Virus record (IMG/VR): IMGVR_UViG_3300021959_008943
From: an uncultured virus (IMG/VR IMGVR_UViG_3300021959_008943)
Lineage: Duplodnaviria > Heunggongvirae > Uroviricota > Caudoviricetes
Direction: 5' to 3' (one strand)
Length of the DNA stretch: 64,000 bases
The position numbers and the translations under genes are program-made. This document shows positions 38,661-46,887 of the stretch, in pieces (the first letter of the stretch is position 1; the number at the start of each line of letters is the position of its first letter). The notes under the pieces are model-generated. The model saw nothing but the letters and a program-made list of their open reading frames with translations, was not told the origin of the DNA and made no database searches.

Positions 38661-41091
38661 TTAATTCTCTTTGTTCTACTTTTTGTCTTAGTATATTTAT
38701 TTGTGCTTGCTGCTCTTTAATAGCTTGCAATAATAGCGCAACAACTCTATCATACTTGACAGTTTTATATTTTTTATTAATAGGCGCAGTTGCAATAAGT
38801 TCAGGAGCAACCTCTTCAATTTGTTGAGCAATAAGGCCAAGTTTACGTCCATCATCTGGCAAGCCTAAACTTTTACCTAACCCATTTACTGTAAAATAAA
38901 TTCCAGTGATTGATTTTAATTTTTGAACTGCATCTTTTATTACTTCAATTTGTTCTTTTAATCTTTCATCTGAATAACCAGCAGTAATTCCGCCCCCTAC
39001 CCAAATAGATCCTGTAGGACTTGACCACTGCGAAGAGTTAGTGCCAATTCTTAATCTACTACCAGTCAGCTCGTACGTTACAGAATCTGCGCCGCCTGGA
39101 CCCTGCGGGCCCTGTGGTCCTCGTGGACCCTGTGGACCGCGATAGCCCCCAGGGCCTTGAACACCTTGATAACCTTGAGGACCCTGCGCACCTTGGCGTC
39201 CAGCTACGCCAGTTCTACCAGTAGGACCAGTTCCGCCTTGCGGTCCTCTTACGCCAGCTGTACCCTGTGGTCCTTGCGGTCCTCTTGAACCCTGTGGACC
39301 GCGCAAACCCTGCGCTCCTTGTCTGCCAGTATATCCTTGAACACCAGTTCTACCAGTAACAGACCCACTCGGTCCAGTTCCACCCTGTGGTCCTTGAACA
39401 CCTTGAGCGCCAGAAGCTCCTTGAGTACCTTGATAACCTTGAACGCCAGTTCTACCACCTGTGCCAGTTACGCCACTAGATGCGCCAGTAACACCACCAA
39501 CACCTGTTGCGCCCTGAGCACCAGTTGTGCCTGTTGGATTTGTACCTTGTCTACCTTGAAAACCAGAAACACCCTGAGCGCCCTGTCTACCACCAGCACC
39601 AGTTGCACCAGTTGCACCGGCTGGAGGAAGATTACCTAAACCAAGAAGATTAGCAATTGAAGGTTCGTTCCCGTCTATTTTATCTACGCGAGGATGGGCA
39701 AACTGTTGGTTAGTAGATGTATTAGTAGAATAATAAAGATATGTTCTATGCGTAGCGCCATTAGCATTAGCAGACCAAACGAAGTCACTATTTGATGCAA
39801 TTTTATGTCCATCAGTAGTCCAAACACCAGTATCAGCGTCATTTGAACCAATACCTGTTCCAGCTGCCCAAACGTGCCCTACAACTAAATACCATGTATC
39901 AGCAACACCCCACCAGCCAGATGCTCTAAAATAAGGGTTTGATGTAGTTGATGAGCTCGCCCGCGATCGAGTAGCAGTATTAGTACCATTTTCACGGCTA
40001 TAATAACCTAGATAAAAAGAACCATTACCAATAGTTTTTCTTCTTACCCATGTAGTAAATCTATATTTGTATGTTTTATCGATGGACATAGTACTACTAG
40101 CCCATCCGCCGTCAGCATTACTCGTCGCGTCTTGATTCGATACGTCCCAAACAACAACGTTAGTATTACCCCAAGGATCCGTATCAAGTATTCTTGAATT
40201 ACCGTCGCCATTTTGGCCAAAGAATGTAGCACTACCAGTTTGACCAGCATACCAATTATTATATGGCAAAAGACTATTACCAATAGCAGGCGAACCTCGA
40301 CTTCCGCCTTGAACACCAGTTGCACCTTGTGGTCCTTGAGCACCTTGTCTGCCACTAACACCACCAGTGCCACCTCCACCTTGTGGTCCGCGATGTCCGG
40401 TAGCGCCTGTTGGATTTGCACCTTGCGGTCCTTGAACACCCTGAGGACCACTTCCACCTTGAGCACCTTGTCTACCACCAGCACCAGTAGCTCCTTGAGC
40501 CCCCCAAGCACCTTGCGCTGAAGAACCTTGTGGACCTTGAACACCAGCAAATCCTTGAACACCTTGCCGGCCTTGTGCTCCACCTACACCTTGAGCTCCT
40601 GAAGCGCCTTGTCTACCTGTTGCACCAGTAGATCCTTGTCTACCCTGATAACCTTGAACACCTTGATAACCTTGTACTCCAGATCTTCCTTGAAATCCAG
40701 CTTGACCTGATACGCCTTGAACACCCTGTGGTCCAGTTCCACCTTGCGCGCCTTGTGGTCCTTGAGCGCCTTGACGCCCTTCTGCACCAATTGAACCTTG
40801 AGCGCCTTGAACACCAGTTCTACCTGAAGCACCGGTTGGGTTTGTACCCTGTCTACCTTGAGGTCCTGAAGCACCCTGAGGTCCTTGTGTACCTTGAGCG
40901 CCTTGAGGACCTTGGGCTCCATTAAAACCCTGTCTGCCTTGAGGACCCTGAGGACCTTGTACACCCTGTGGACCAACTCCAATTTGAGTTTTCGGGCCGC
41001 CCCAACTACCATCTTCATTAACAACAGTTTGGTCTGTGCCATTTTTACGGACGATCAATCCTTTTTTTACATCAAACTTATCAACCGTCAT
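38653..41091 (-). CDS. Collagen-like fibre chain B with an inserted globular domain and S74-type chaperone
   Basis: Gly-X-Y residues 40-264 and 492-669; 227-aa aromatic-rich insert; SDERLK and GLIAQQ. Confidence 0.9.
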   Translation of the reverse strand: MTVDKFDVKKGLIVRKNGTDQTVVNEDGSWGGPKTQIGVGPQGVQGPQGPQGRQGFNGAQGPQGAQGTQGPQGASGPQGRQGTNPTGASGRTGVQGAQGSIGAEGRQGAQGPQGAQGGTGPQGVQGVSGQAGFQGRSGVQGYQGVQGYQGRQGSTGATGRQGASGAQGVGGAQGRQGVQGFAGVQGPQGSSAQGAWGAQGATGAGGRQGAQGGSGPQGVQGPQGANPTGATGHRGPQGGGGTGGVSGRQGAQGPQGATGVQGGSRGSPAIGNSLLPYNNWYAGQTGSATFFGQNGDGNSRILDTDPWGNTNVVVWDVSNQDATSNADGGWASSTMSIDKTYKYRFTTWVRRKTIGNGSFYLGYYSRENGTNTATRSRASSSTTSNPYFRASGWWGVADTWYLVVGHVWAAGTGIGSNDADTGVWTTDGHKIASNSDFVWSANANGATHRTYLYYSTNTSTNQQFAHPRVDKIDGNEPSIANLLGLGNLPPAGATGATGAGGRQGAQGVSGFQGRQGTNPTGTTGAQGATGVGGVTGASSGVTGTGGRTGVQGYQGTQGASGAQGVQGPQGGTGPSGSVTGRTGVQGYTGRQGAQGLRGPQGSRGPQGPQGTAGVRGPQGGTGPTGRTGVAGRQGAQGPQGYQGVQGPGGYRGPQGPRGPQGPQGPGGADSVTYELTGSRLRIGTNSSQWSSPTGSIWVGGGITAGYSDERLKEQIEVIKDAVQKLKSITGIYFTVNGLGKSLGLPDDGRKLGLIAQQIEEVAPELIATAPINKKYKTVKYDRVVALLLQAIKEQQAQINILRQKVEQRELNG

Positions 41092-42850
41092 CTAATAATA
41101 TCCCAGCTAACTCTTCGATCTCTTCCTGCTGCTCTTTAATAGCTTGCACTAACAAAGGCACCACAAATTCGTACTGTACTGTTAAATATTTATCCTCGGT
41201 TTTCTCAGCTGAAGTAATTGGTGCGTCTTTAACAACCTCAGGTAAAACTTCTTTTACTTCTTGAGCTATTAATCCTGACTGCTGACTATAATCATGATAT
41301 CCTAAATTTTCAGCAATTTTATTTTGAGTATAAAATACACCATTAAGTTTTGATAATTTTTCATTAGCATCTTTAATATATTCAATATTATCTTTTAAAC
41401 GTATATCTGAGTAAAAGCCAACAATATTACCGCTTGCTCTTAAATCGCCAGCTGGTGGTGTAGGTGCATTTACACCAAGTCTTAGCATTGAAGTTAAGGT
41501 TCCTGCTTGTGAGGACCCGGTTCTACCAGTTCTACCAGTTTTTCCGCTTGTGCCAGAAGAACCTTGCGGACCCCGTGCCCCTTGAGATCCTTGTGGCCCA
41601 CGGCTATTTCCGCCCTGCACACCCTGATATCCCTGAACACCTTGATAGCCCCCTGGACCAGTTCCGCCTTGAACACCTTGTCTACCTGTTGCGCCTGTTA
41701 CGCCCCCAACGCCAGTTGCGCCCTGTGGTCCTCTTCCGCCTTGTGGTCCTTGCGGTCCTCTTCCACCTTGAAAACCTTGTGCACCTTGATAACCACCAAC
41801 ACCACCTCCGCCTCCAGGGCCTTGAACACCAGTTCTACCAGTTGCGCCTTGCGGTCCTCGATATCCTTGAACACCTTGGTATCCTTGTGCACCAGTATAA
41901 CCTTGAACACCTTGTCTACCTTGTATACCAGTGTAACCTTGAACACCTGTTGCCCCGGCTGTACCCTGAGGGCCTTGCGGACCTTGTCTACCAGTATAAC
42001 CTTGAACACCTTGAAAACCTGTTTTACCACCAACACCAGCTGGTCCCTGAGGTCCGCCTACTCCGCCTACGCCTCTTTTACCAATAATGCCAGTTCTACC
42101 AGTATAACCTTGAACACCCTGATAACCTTGAACACCTGTTCTACCAGTTGCGCCTTGCGGTCCTTGAAAACCTGTCGCGCCGGTGGTGCCGGTCGAACCT
42201 TGAGCACCTTGTCTACCAGCAACACCAGTATAACCTTGAACACCTTGTCTACCAGTATAACCTTGAACACCTTGATAACCTTGCGCTCCAGCAGAACCAG
42301 TTCCGCCTTGAACACCTTGAGGGCCCCGTGATCCTTGAGGGCCTTGAGGTCCTTGTGTCCCTTGAAAACCTTGAGTACCCTGAGCGCCTTGAACCCCGCT
42401 AGCTCCTTGCGGTCCTTGCGGTCCTCTTCCACCCTGAGGCCCTTGTGCGCCTTGAGGTCCTTGTGTCCCTTGAGCACCAGTTGCACCTTGAAAACCAGTA
42501 ACACCACCAATACCAGTTGCACCAGTTGCTCCGCCATTGCCTTGAAAACCCTGAGCGCCGACTCCCCCAGTTGCCCCTTGAGCACCCTGAGCACCTTGAA
42601 CCCCTGAAGCACCGGTTGCACCTTGCGCGCCTTGTCTACCGGCCGGGCCAGTGGCTCCAGTAGGCCCTTGCGCGCCACTTGCTGTACCAGCACCAGCTGT
42701 TCCTTGAGTACCCTGTGGGCCTGTGCCACCTTGATTACCTTGAAAACCTATAAGACCTGAAGTTGATCCTATCCAATAGCCATCAGAGTCAACAACTGAA
42801 GTGTCATTAACTTTAAGTCCTTTTTCAAAGATAAATGGTTTTTTTGCCAT
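41081..42850 (-). CDS. Collagen-like fibre chain A with S74-type chaperone
   Basis: Gly-X-Y residues 35-447; SDIRLK and GLIAQEV..VLPE.V. Confidence 0.9.
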   Translation of the reverse strand: MAKKPFIFEKGLKVNDTSVVDSDGYWIGSTSGLIGFQGNQGGTGPQGTQGTAGAGTASGAQGPTGATGPAGRQGAQGATGASGVQGAQGAQGATGGVGAQGFQGNGGATGATGIGGVTGFQGATGAQGTQGPQGAQGPQGGRGPQGPQGASGVQGAQGTQGFQGTQGPQGPQGSRGPQGVQGGTGSAGAQGYQGVQGYTGRQGVQGYTGVAGRQGAQGSTGTTGATGFQGPQGATGRTGVQGYQGVQGYTGRTGIIGKRGVGGVGGPQGPAGVGGKTGFQGVQGYTGRQGPQGPQGTAGATGVQGYTGIQGRQGVQGYTGAQGYQGVQGYRGPQGATGRTGVQGPGGGGGVGGYQGAQGFQGGRGPQGPQGGRGPQGATGVGGVTGATGRQGVQGGTGPGGYQGVQGYQGVQGGNSRGPQGSQGARGPQGSSGTSGKTGRTGRTGSSQAGTLTSMLRLGVNAPTPPAGDLRASGNIVGFYSDIRLKDNIEYIKDANEKLSKLNGVFYTQNKIAENLGYHDYSQQSGLIAQEVKEVLPEVVKDAPITSAEKTEDKYLTVQYEFVVPLLVQAIKEQQEEIEELAGILLDDG

Positions 42851-42861
42851 TTAACTATACC

Positions 42862-43932
42862 TTACGCGTCAATTAATGTAAGAGAAATATTAAACACCGT
42901 GCTTGTTGCCGAGCTAGGGGTTGCCCTTATCCTTACATTTCCTCCATTTATATCTACATTATATGTAGCTAAATTTGTTCCAGTATCTACCGTACCATAC
43001 TCAGTATGAGATACATTTGTGCCATCATGCACAATAAGTAATTTGGTTATATGTCTGTTTGATCCTCTTTTTGCCGCGATTAATACTTCGGCCGAACCGT
43101 ATGAAGCTGCCGTAAATGTTGCTATATTTGTCTGAGAAGTTGTAGTAGTTGTAGAGCTTACAGATGATAGTCTGTGTTTATCTAGTGTAATATTGCCGGT
43201 AGTAGAAAGAGCTCCAACTGTTGCTGTTCCAGTAATAGCAAAGTCTTCAGATCCATCTTTACTAATTAACGTCCCAGAAGTTGGCAGTGTAACGGAAGTT
43301 GTGCCTGTAGTAGTTAATGTAGTAGCATGCCCACCGGAAGTGGTAAGATTTCCACCAAGAATTAAATTACCAGTAAGATCAATTAGTCTATCTGCATTGT
43401 TAACATCAAGTGTTATTGTTCTATCTGCAGATAAAATAGGACTAGCATTATTTGAAGTTAATTTTGTTTGATAACTTGTAGTGGTAGTATCTCTTAAACC
43501 AAAAGTACTAATATTAGTAATTGATCCTGGGCCAGTTATAGTTGGCAAGTTTATGGTTGGAGAAGTTAATGTTTTATTTGTAATTGTTTGTGTTGCTGAT
43601 ACACCAACAACATCATCACCACTTATCCCAGAACTTAATTGGGATAAGGTTGTTGTTAATGTATTATTAGAAAGATTTATAACTTTATTTGTAAATGTTT
43701 GGTTACCAGCAAGAGTAGCAATGGTGTTATCAACTGAAACAGTAGGAGAAACCGCATGGCCTGTTGTTGAAACATCTATTCCGGTGCCACCTACTATGTC
43801 TTTTATATAATTTCCACTTGTACCAGAATCTAGTAAAATGGTTTCACTTTGTACAATAGCTCTGACCCCAGCCGAATCTAGCGAAGCTTCTGTTAATGAT
43901 GTAGATAAAAATGTACTAAGCTTTTGTACCAT
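42862..43932 (-). CDS. Putative tail fibre/virion structural protein
   Basis: Thr-rich; QT.TNK repeats; C-terminal SA....(H/E)...LIVHDG.....EYG domain typical of marine T4-like fibres. Confidence 0.65.
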   Translation of the reverse strand: MVQKLSTFLSTSLTEASLDSAGVRAIVQSETILLDSGTSGNYIKDIVGGTGIDVSTTGHAVSPTVSVDNTIATLAGNQTFTNKVINLSNNTLTTTLSQLSSGISGDDVVGVSATQTITNKTLTSPTINLPTITGPGSITNISTFGLRDTTTTSYQTKLTSNNASPILSADRTITLDVNNADRLIDLTGNLILGGNLTTSGGHATTLTTTGTTSVTLPTSGTLISKDGSEDFAITGTATVGALSTTGNITLDKHRLSSVSSTTTTTSQTNIATFTAASYGSAEVLIAAKRGSNRHITKLLIVHDGTNVSHTEYGTVDTGTNLATYNVDINGGNVRIRATPSSATSTVFNISLTLIDA

Positions 43933-43941
43933 TTACTTTTC

Positions 43942-46878
43942 CTATGCTTGGGCCTCGCCCCATCTTAGCTGAATCGTTCCTTTCACATCACCTGATTTAA
44001 CAAAAGCATTAATAGCTAAAATATCTGGACCGTCTGGGTATTTGTAGTCGCCTCCTAGTGGAGCGCCTGATAGTTCTTTTAGATCACCCAATTCTAAAAC
44101 AGTTGTTAAAGCATCAGCTCTAGATGCATTACAAACAAAAGCAAAGATTCTCTCACCTGGTAATGCATATGTTCCTGTAGACCAAGTAATATCTTCAAGT
44201 TCAGCAACTTGAGCAAAGGATGGTTGTCCCCCCTCGTTCACAGCATTTAAAGATTTCCAAGTAGCATCTTCAAAGTTTCTTGGGTTGATAATACCTTGAA
44301 TAACCACCTCACCTGATGAAGATGAACCACGTGACAATCCAACCGCACATTGCTGTAAAAGAAGTTGCGATCTATTAAGAAGTTCTTTTGCTCCTAATCG
44401 ACCCACAGAAGAGTTAGATACTGAAGGTGCTAGTCTCAAGCAGAAGGATGTGATTGGCGTTACGCCAATCTTATCGCCAGATGTATTGTGAGATCTTGAG
44501 TAGTTAAAGATATAACCTCTATCAAAGTCAAATCCACCATCCATCACTAAGGCAGAACCCCAGTGAGATAGTGTTGGCGAGCACGTGTTGGAGATTTCAA
44601 TAATACCAGTGTTACTACTGTGACCCGCAGCAGAGCCTGCTGTAAGGCTGTTAGATGTACCTTGCAAATACTGATTTAAGGTAGCAGCCCTTGTACATCC
44701 TGTAAAGTTACCTGCACCATCTGTTACACTTCTACCAGTATATGAAATGATTTCATTATCAATCATTAAAACACCTTCGTCATCAAACTCTTGTAGGTTT
44801 GCTGCTGGAATGGTAGTAGTGCTTGCATCAATTGTACCTGTAAGGTATGTAACTGGCGAGTCATTCTCAATAGAATATCTGACAGGAAGGTTGCCTGATC
44901 TCATATAAGCTTCATCATTAATGTTGTTGTTTTTCATTCTATGGATATATAACCATCTACCATCATCACCTCTGACCATGAAGTGAATGAATCCTGCACC
45001 ATACCATGAGTACTCAACACCAATCATTTGCATCTTGTTGAAATCCCAATGGTATCCAGAAGATCCTAGACCATCAGCTTTATCCATATTCCATTTAGAT
45101 TGTGGTATTCTAATTTCTGTAACTCTTTGAGCTCTTACCCCAGCTTGAGTTATTCCTCTATAATCAGGGGTAATAAACATAGAGGTGTTACTAACGACTT
45201 GAGTAACAAAATGTGTCATACCCCTGATAACAATTCTATCACCAGCACGTACTTGTTCACTAAACCTGGTATTCGTTCCTGTTACTGCATTACTATTCTG
45301 TGTCATGCTCAATGTGCCAGTGATATTGTCTGTAGAGGATCTCTTAACACAGAACATTTGGTTACCATCAAATTCAAAGAAGATGCCGTTTTGATCATCA
45401 AACATCCCAGCGCGGACGGCTGATCCGATCCAACCTTTTACATACACCTTAGATTGTTGAGCTAAGACAGCAGTAGTGTCTCCCAACGTTGATTTTGCAG
45501 CAACTGTAAATGTATAGTCATCTACAATACTTGCAACTGTGTAATCATCCTCATATCCTGAAGTGCTGATACCATCGAGAGTAACAGACGCACCAATTTG
45601 AAGACCGTGATCAATATCATCAGTCTTTACAGTAATTGCAGACCCAATAGTTGTACCTGCTGCGGTGACAGATTGTAAGTCGTAGTTTGGCGCAAATAGA
45701 GTACCAGATGACCATAAGAAACCTTTACCAGATTGATAACGGAAGAACCTTTTTGATTGTCTGATAACTGCAGCTGCATATGTAGGCGTCTTCGTAGAAA
45801 GGATAACACCACCATCAGAAGGTCTGTGTAAAATAGTTGCATTTGAAATAGCATAAAGAGTAACACCAGTTGGACTTGCAACAACAGCGCCAGATCGTGC
45901 CACATATGTTAATGAAGTCAAAGATGGAGTTGATTTAATAACAAATGGCCCCGTTGCTTCTTCTTTATTAGTACCTGATGCCACTGTAGCATGAATTGGA
46001 GTTCCTGGTATTAAACCATGAGGGTTTGTGAAGTTAAGTGTAATAACACTTGGATCGGCACCATTTGAAGTAGCGGATGCTACGGGAATAGATGAGTTTG
46101 CGTATACTCCACCTTTTCTACCAATAGTTTCTTCTGTTTTAAGTGATTGACCACCTGTTGTTCCTACAGTTCCACGTGCAAAATATTTAATAGTTTGATT
46201 GTCTGGAACCTGATCAATTATGAAGCTACCATCAGCTCGTGAGAATCCTGCTGTACCTGCATCTAGACCTGATACGTTTACAACATCTCCAATTGATAGA
46301 TCATGAGCTGAATCTGCAAATGTGAGGCTGATCAAACTATTTGAAACACTAGTTGTTTGATAATCTGTCGTGATAGTGTTAACTGTAAGGTCAACACCTG
46401 GCTCATCATACGTAGATGGATATCCTTTAATCGTACCATACCCTGCCCACTTAGTAGGCTGCAATCCATATTCAAAGTCAGCATCAATCATAGACTCCGG
46501 TGTTGATACACGCATTCTTTCAATAGCGTCTGTACCAAACTGCCAAGGTCTAATAGTTTGCCCAAAATCTACTTGAGGCTCGGCAAAGATTTGAAGTACA
46601 TCTGATGAACTCATAGAAGATGTGTCTGCAGCTAAAGTAATAGTGGTATATCCGCTGTGTAATGTATCTACTGTAGGAAACGCTGTAGTGGTTCCTTTTG
46701 TAAATGCGGCTGTTGTTCCTGCAAATGACGCATCACCAAAGTTGTAAATAATCACATTATCTGTTACGTTTGTAATTAAGAGAAGTTTATCAAGTTCGTA
46801 TCTGCATGGAACTACAATAGTTCCAACACCTGCTGATCCGGGTGTAAAAACGTAATCTCTCACTAACTGTTTCGCCAT
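43942..46878 (-). CDS. Large virion structural protein (baseplate-associated)
   Basis: RMRVS.P.S.IDADFEYGLQPTKW, RYQSGKG, WYGAG, YMRSGNLP.RY, HWGS...MDG.FD and W.EAQA, resembling marine T4-like structural proteins. Confidence 0.7.
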   Translation of the reverse strand: MAKQLVRDYVFTPGSAGVGTIVVPCRYELDKLLLITNVTDNVIIYNFGDASFAGTTAAFTKGTTTAFPTVDTLHSGYTTITLAADTSSMSSSDVLQIFAEPQVDFGQTIRPWQFGTDAIERMRVSTPESMIDADFEYGLQPTKWAGYGTIKGYPSTYDEPGVDLTVNTITTDYQTTSVSNSLISLTFADSAHDLSIGDVVNVSGLDAGTAGFSRADGSFIIDQVPDNQTIKYFARGTVGTTGGQSLKTEETIGRKGGVYANSSIPVASATSNGADPSVITLNFTNPHGLIPGTPIHATVASGTNKEEATGPFVIKSTPSLTSLTYVARSGAVVASPTGVTLYAISNATILHRPSDGGVILSTKTPTYAAAVIRQSKRFFRYQSGKGFLWSSGTLFAPNYDLQSVTAAGTTIGSAITVKTDDIDHGLQIGASVTLDGISTSGYEDDYTVASIVDDYTFTVAAKSTLGDTTAVLAQQSKVYVKGWIGSAVRAGMFDDQNGIFFEFDGNQMFCVKRSSTDNITGTLSMTQNSNAVTGTNTRFSEQVRAGDRIVIRGMTHFVTQVVSNTSMFITPDYRGITQAGVRAQRVTEIRIPQSKWNMDKADGLGSSGYHWDFNKMQMIGVEYSWYGAGFIHFMVRGDDGRWLYIHRMKNNNINDEAYMRSGNLPVRYSIENDSPVTYLTGTIDASTTTIPAANLQEFDDEGVLMIDNEIISYTGRSVTDGAGNFTGCTRAATLNQYLQGTSNSLTAGSAAGHSSNTGIIEISNTCSPTLSHWGSALVMDGGFDFDRGYIFNYSRSHNTSGDKIGVTPITSFCLRLAPSVSNSSVGRLGAKELLNRSQLLLQQCAVGLSRGSSSSGEVVIQGIINPRNFEDATWKSLNAVNEGGQPSFAQVAELEDITWSTGTYALPGERIFAFVCNASRADALTTVLELGDLKELSGAPLGGDYKYPDGPDILAINAFVKSGDVKGTIQLRWGEAQA

Positions 46879-46887
46879 TTTATTTTC

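Noticed and set aside
37319..42729. Many alternative-frame and antisense ORFs over the collagen genes
   Set aside because: Shadow ORFs caused by the stop-poor 9-bp Gly-X-Y periodicity; low-complexity translations with no recognisable motifs.
37320..42750. Repetitive DNA that might be taken for a CRISPR array or satellite
   Set aside because: The repeats are in-frame Gly-X-Y codons, with no constant repeat plus unique spacer structure and no cas genes.
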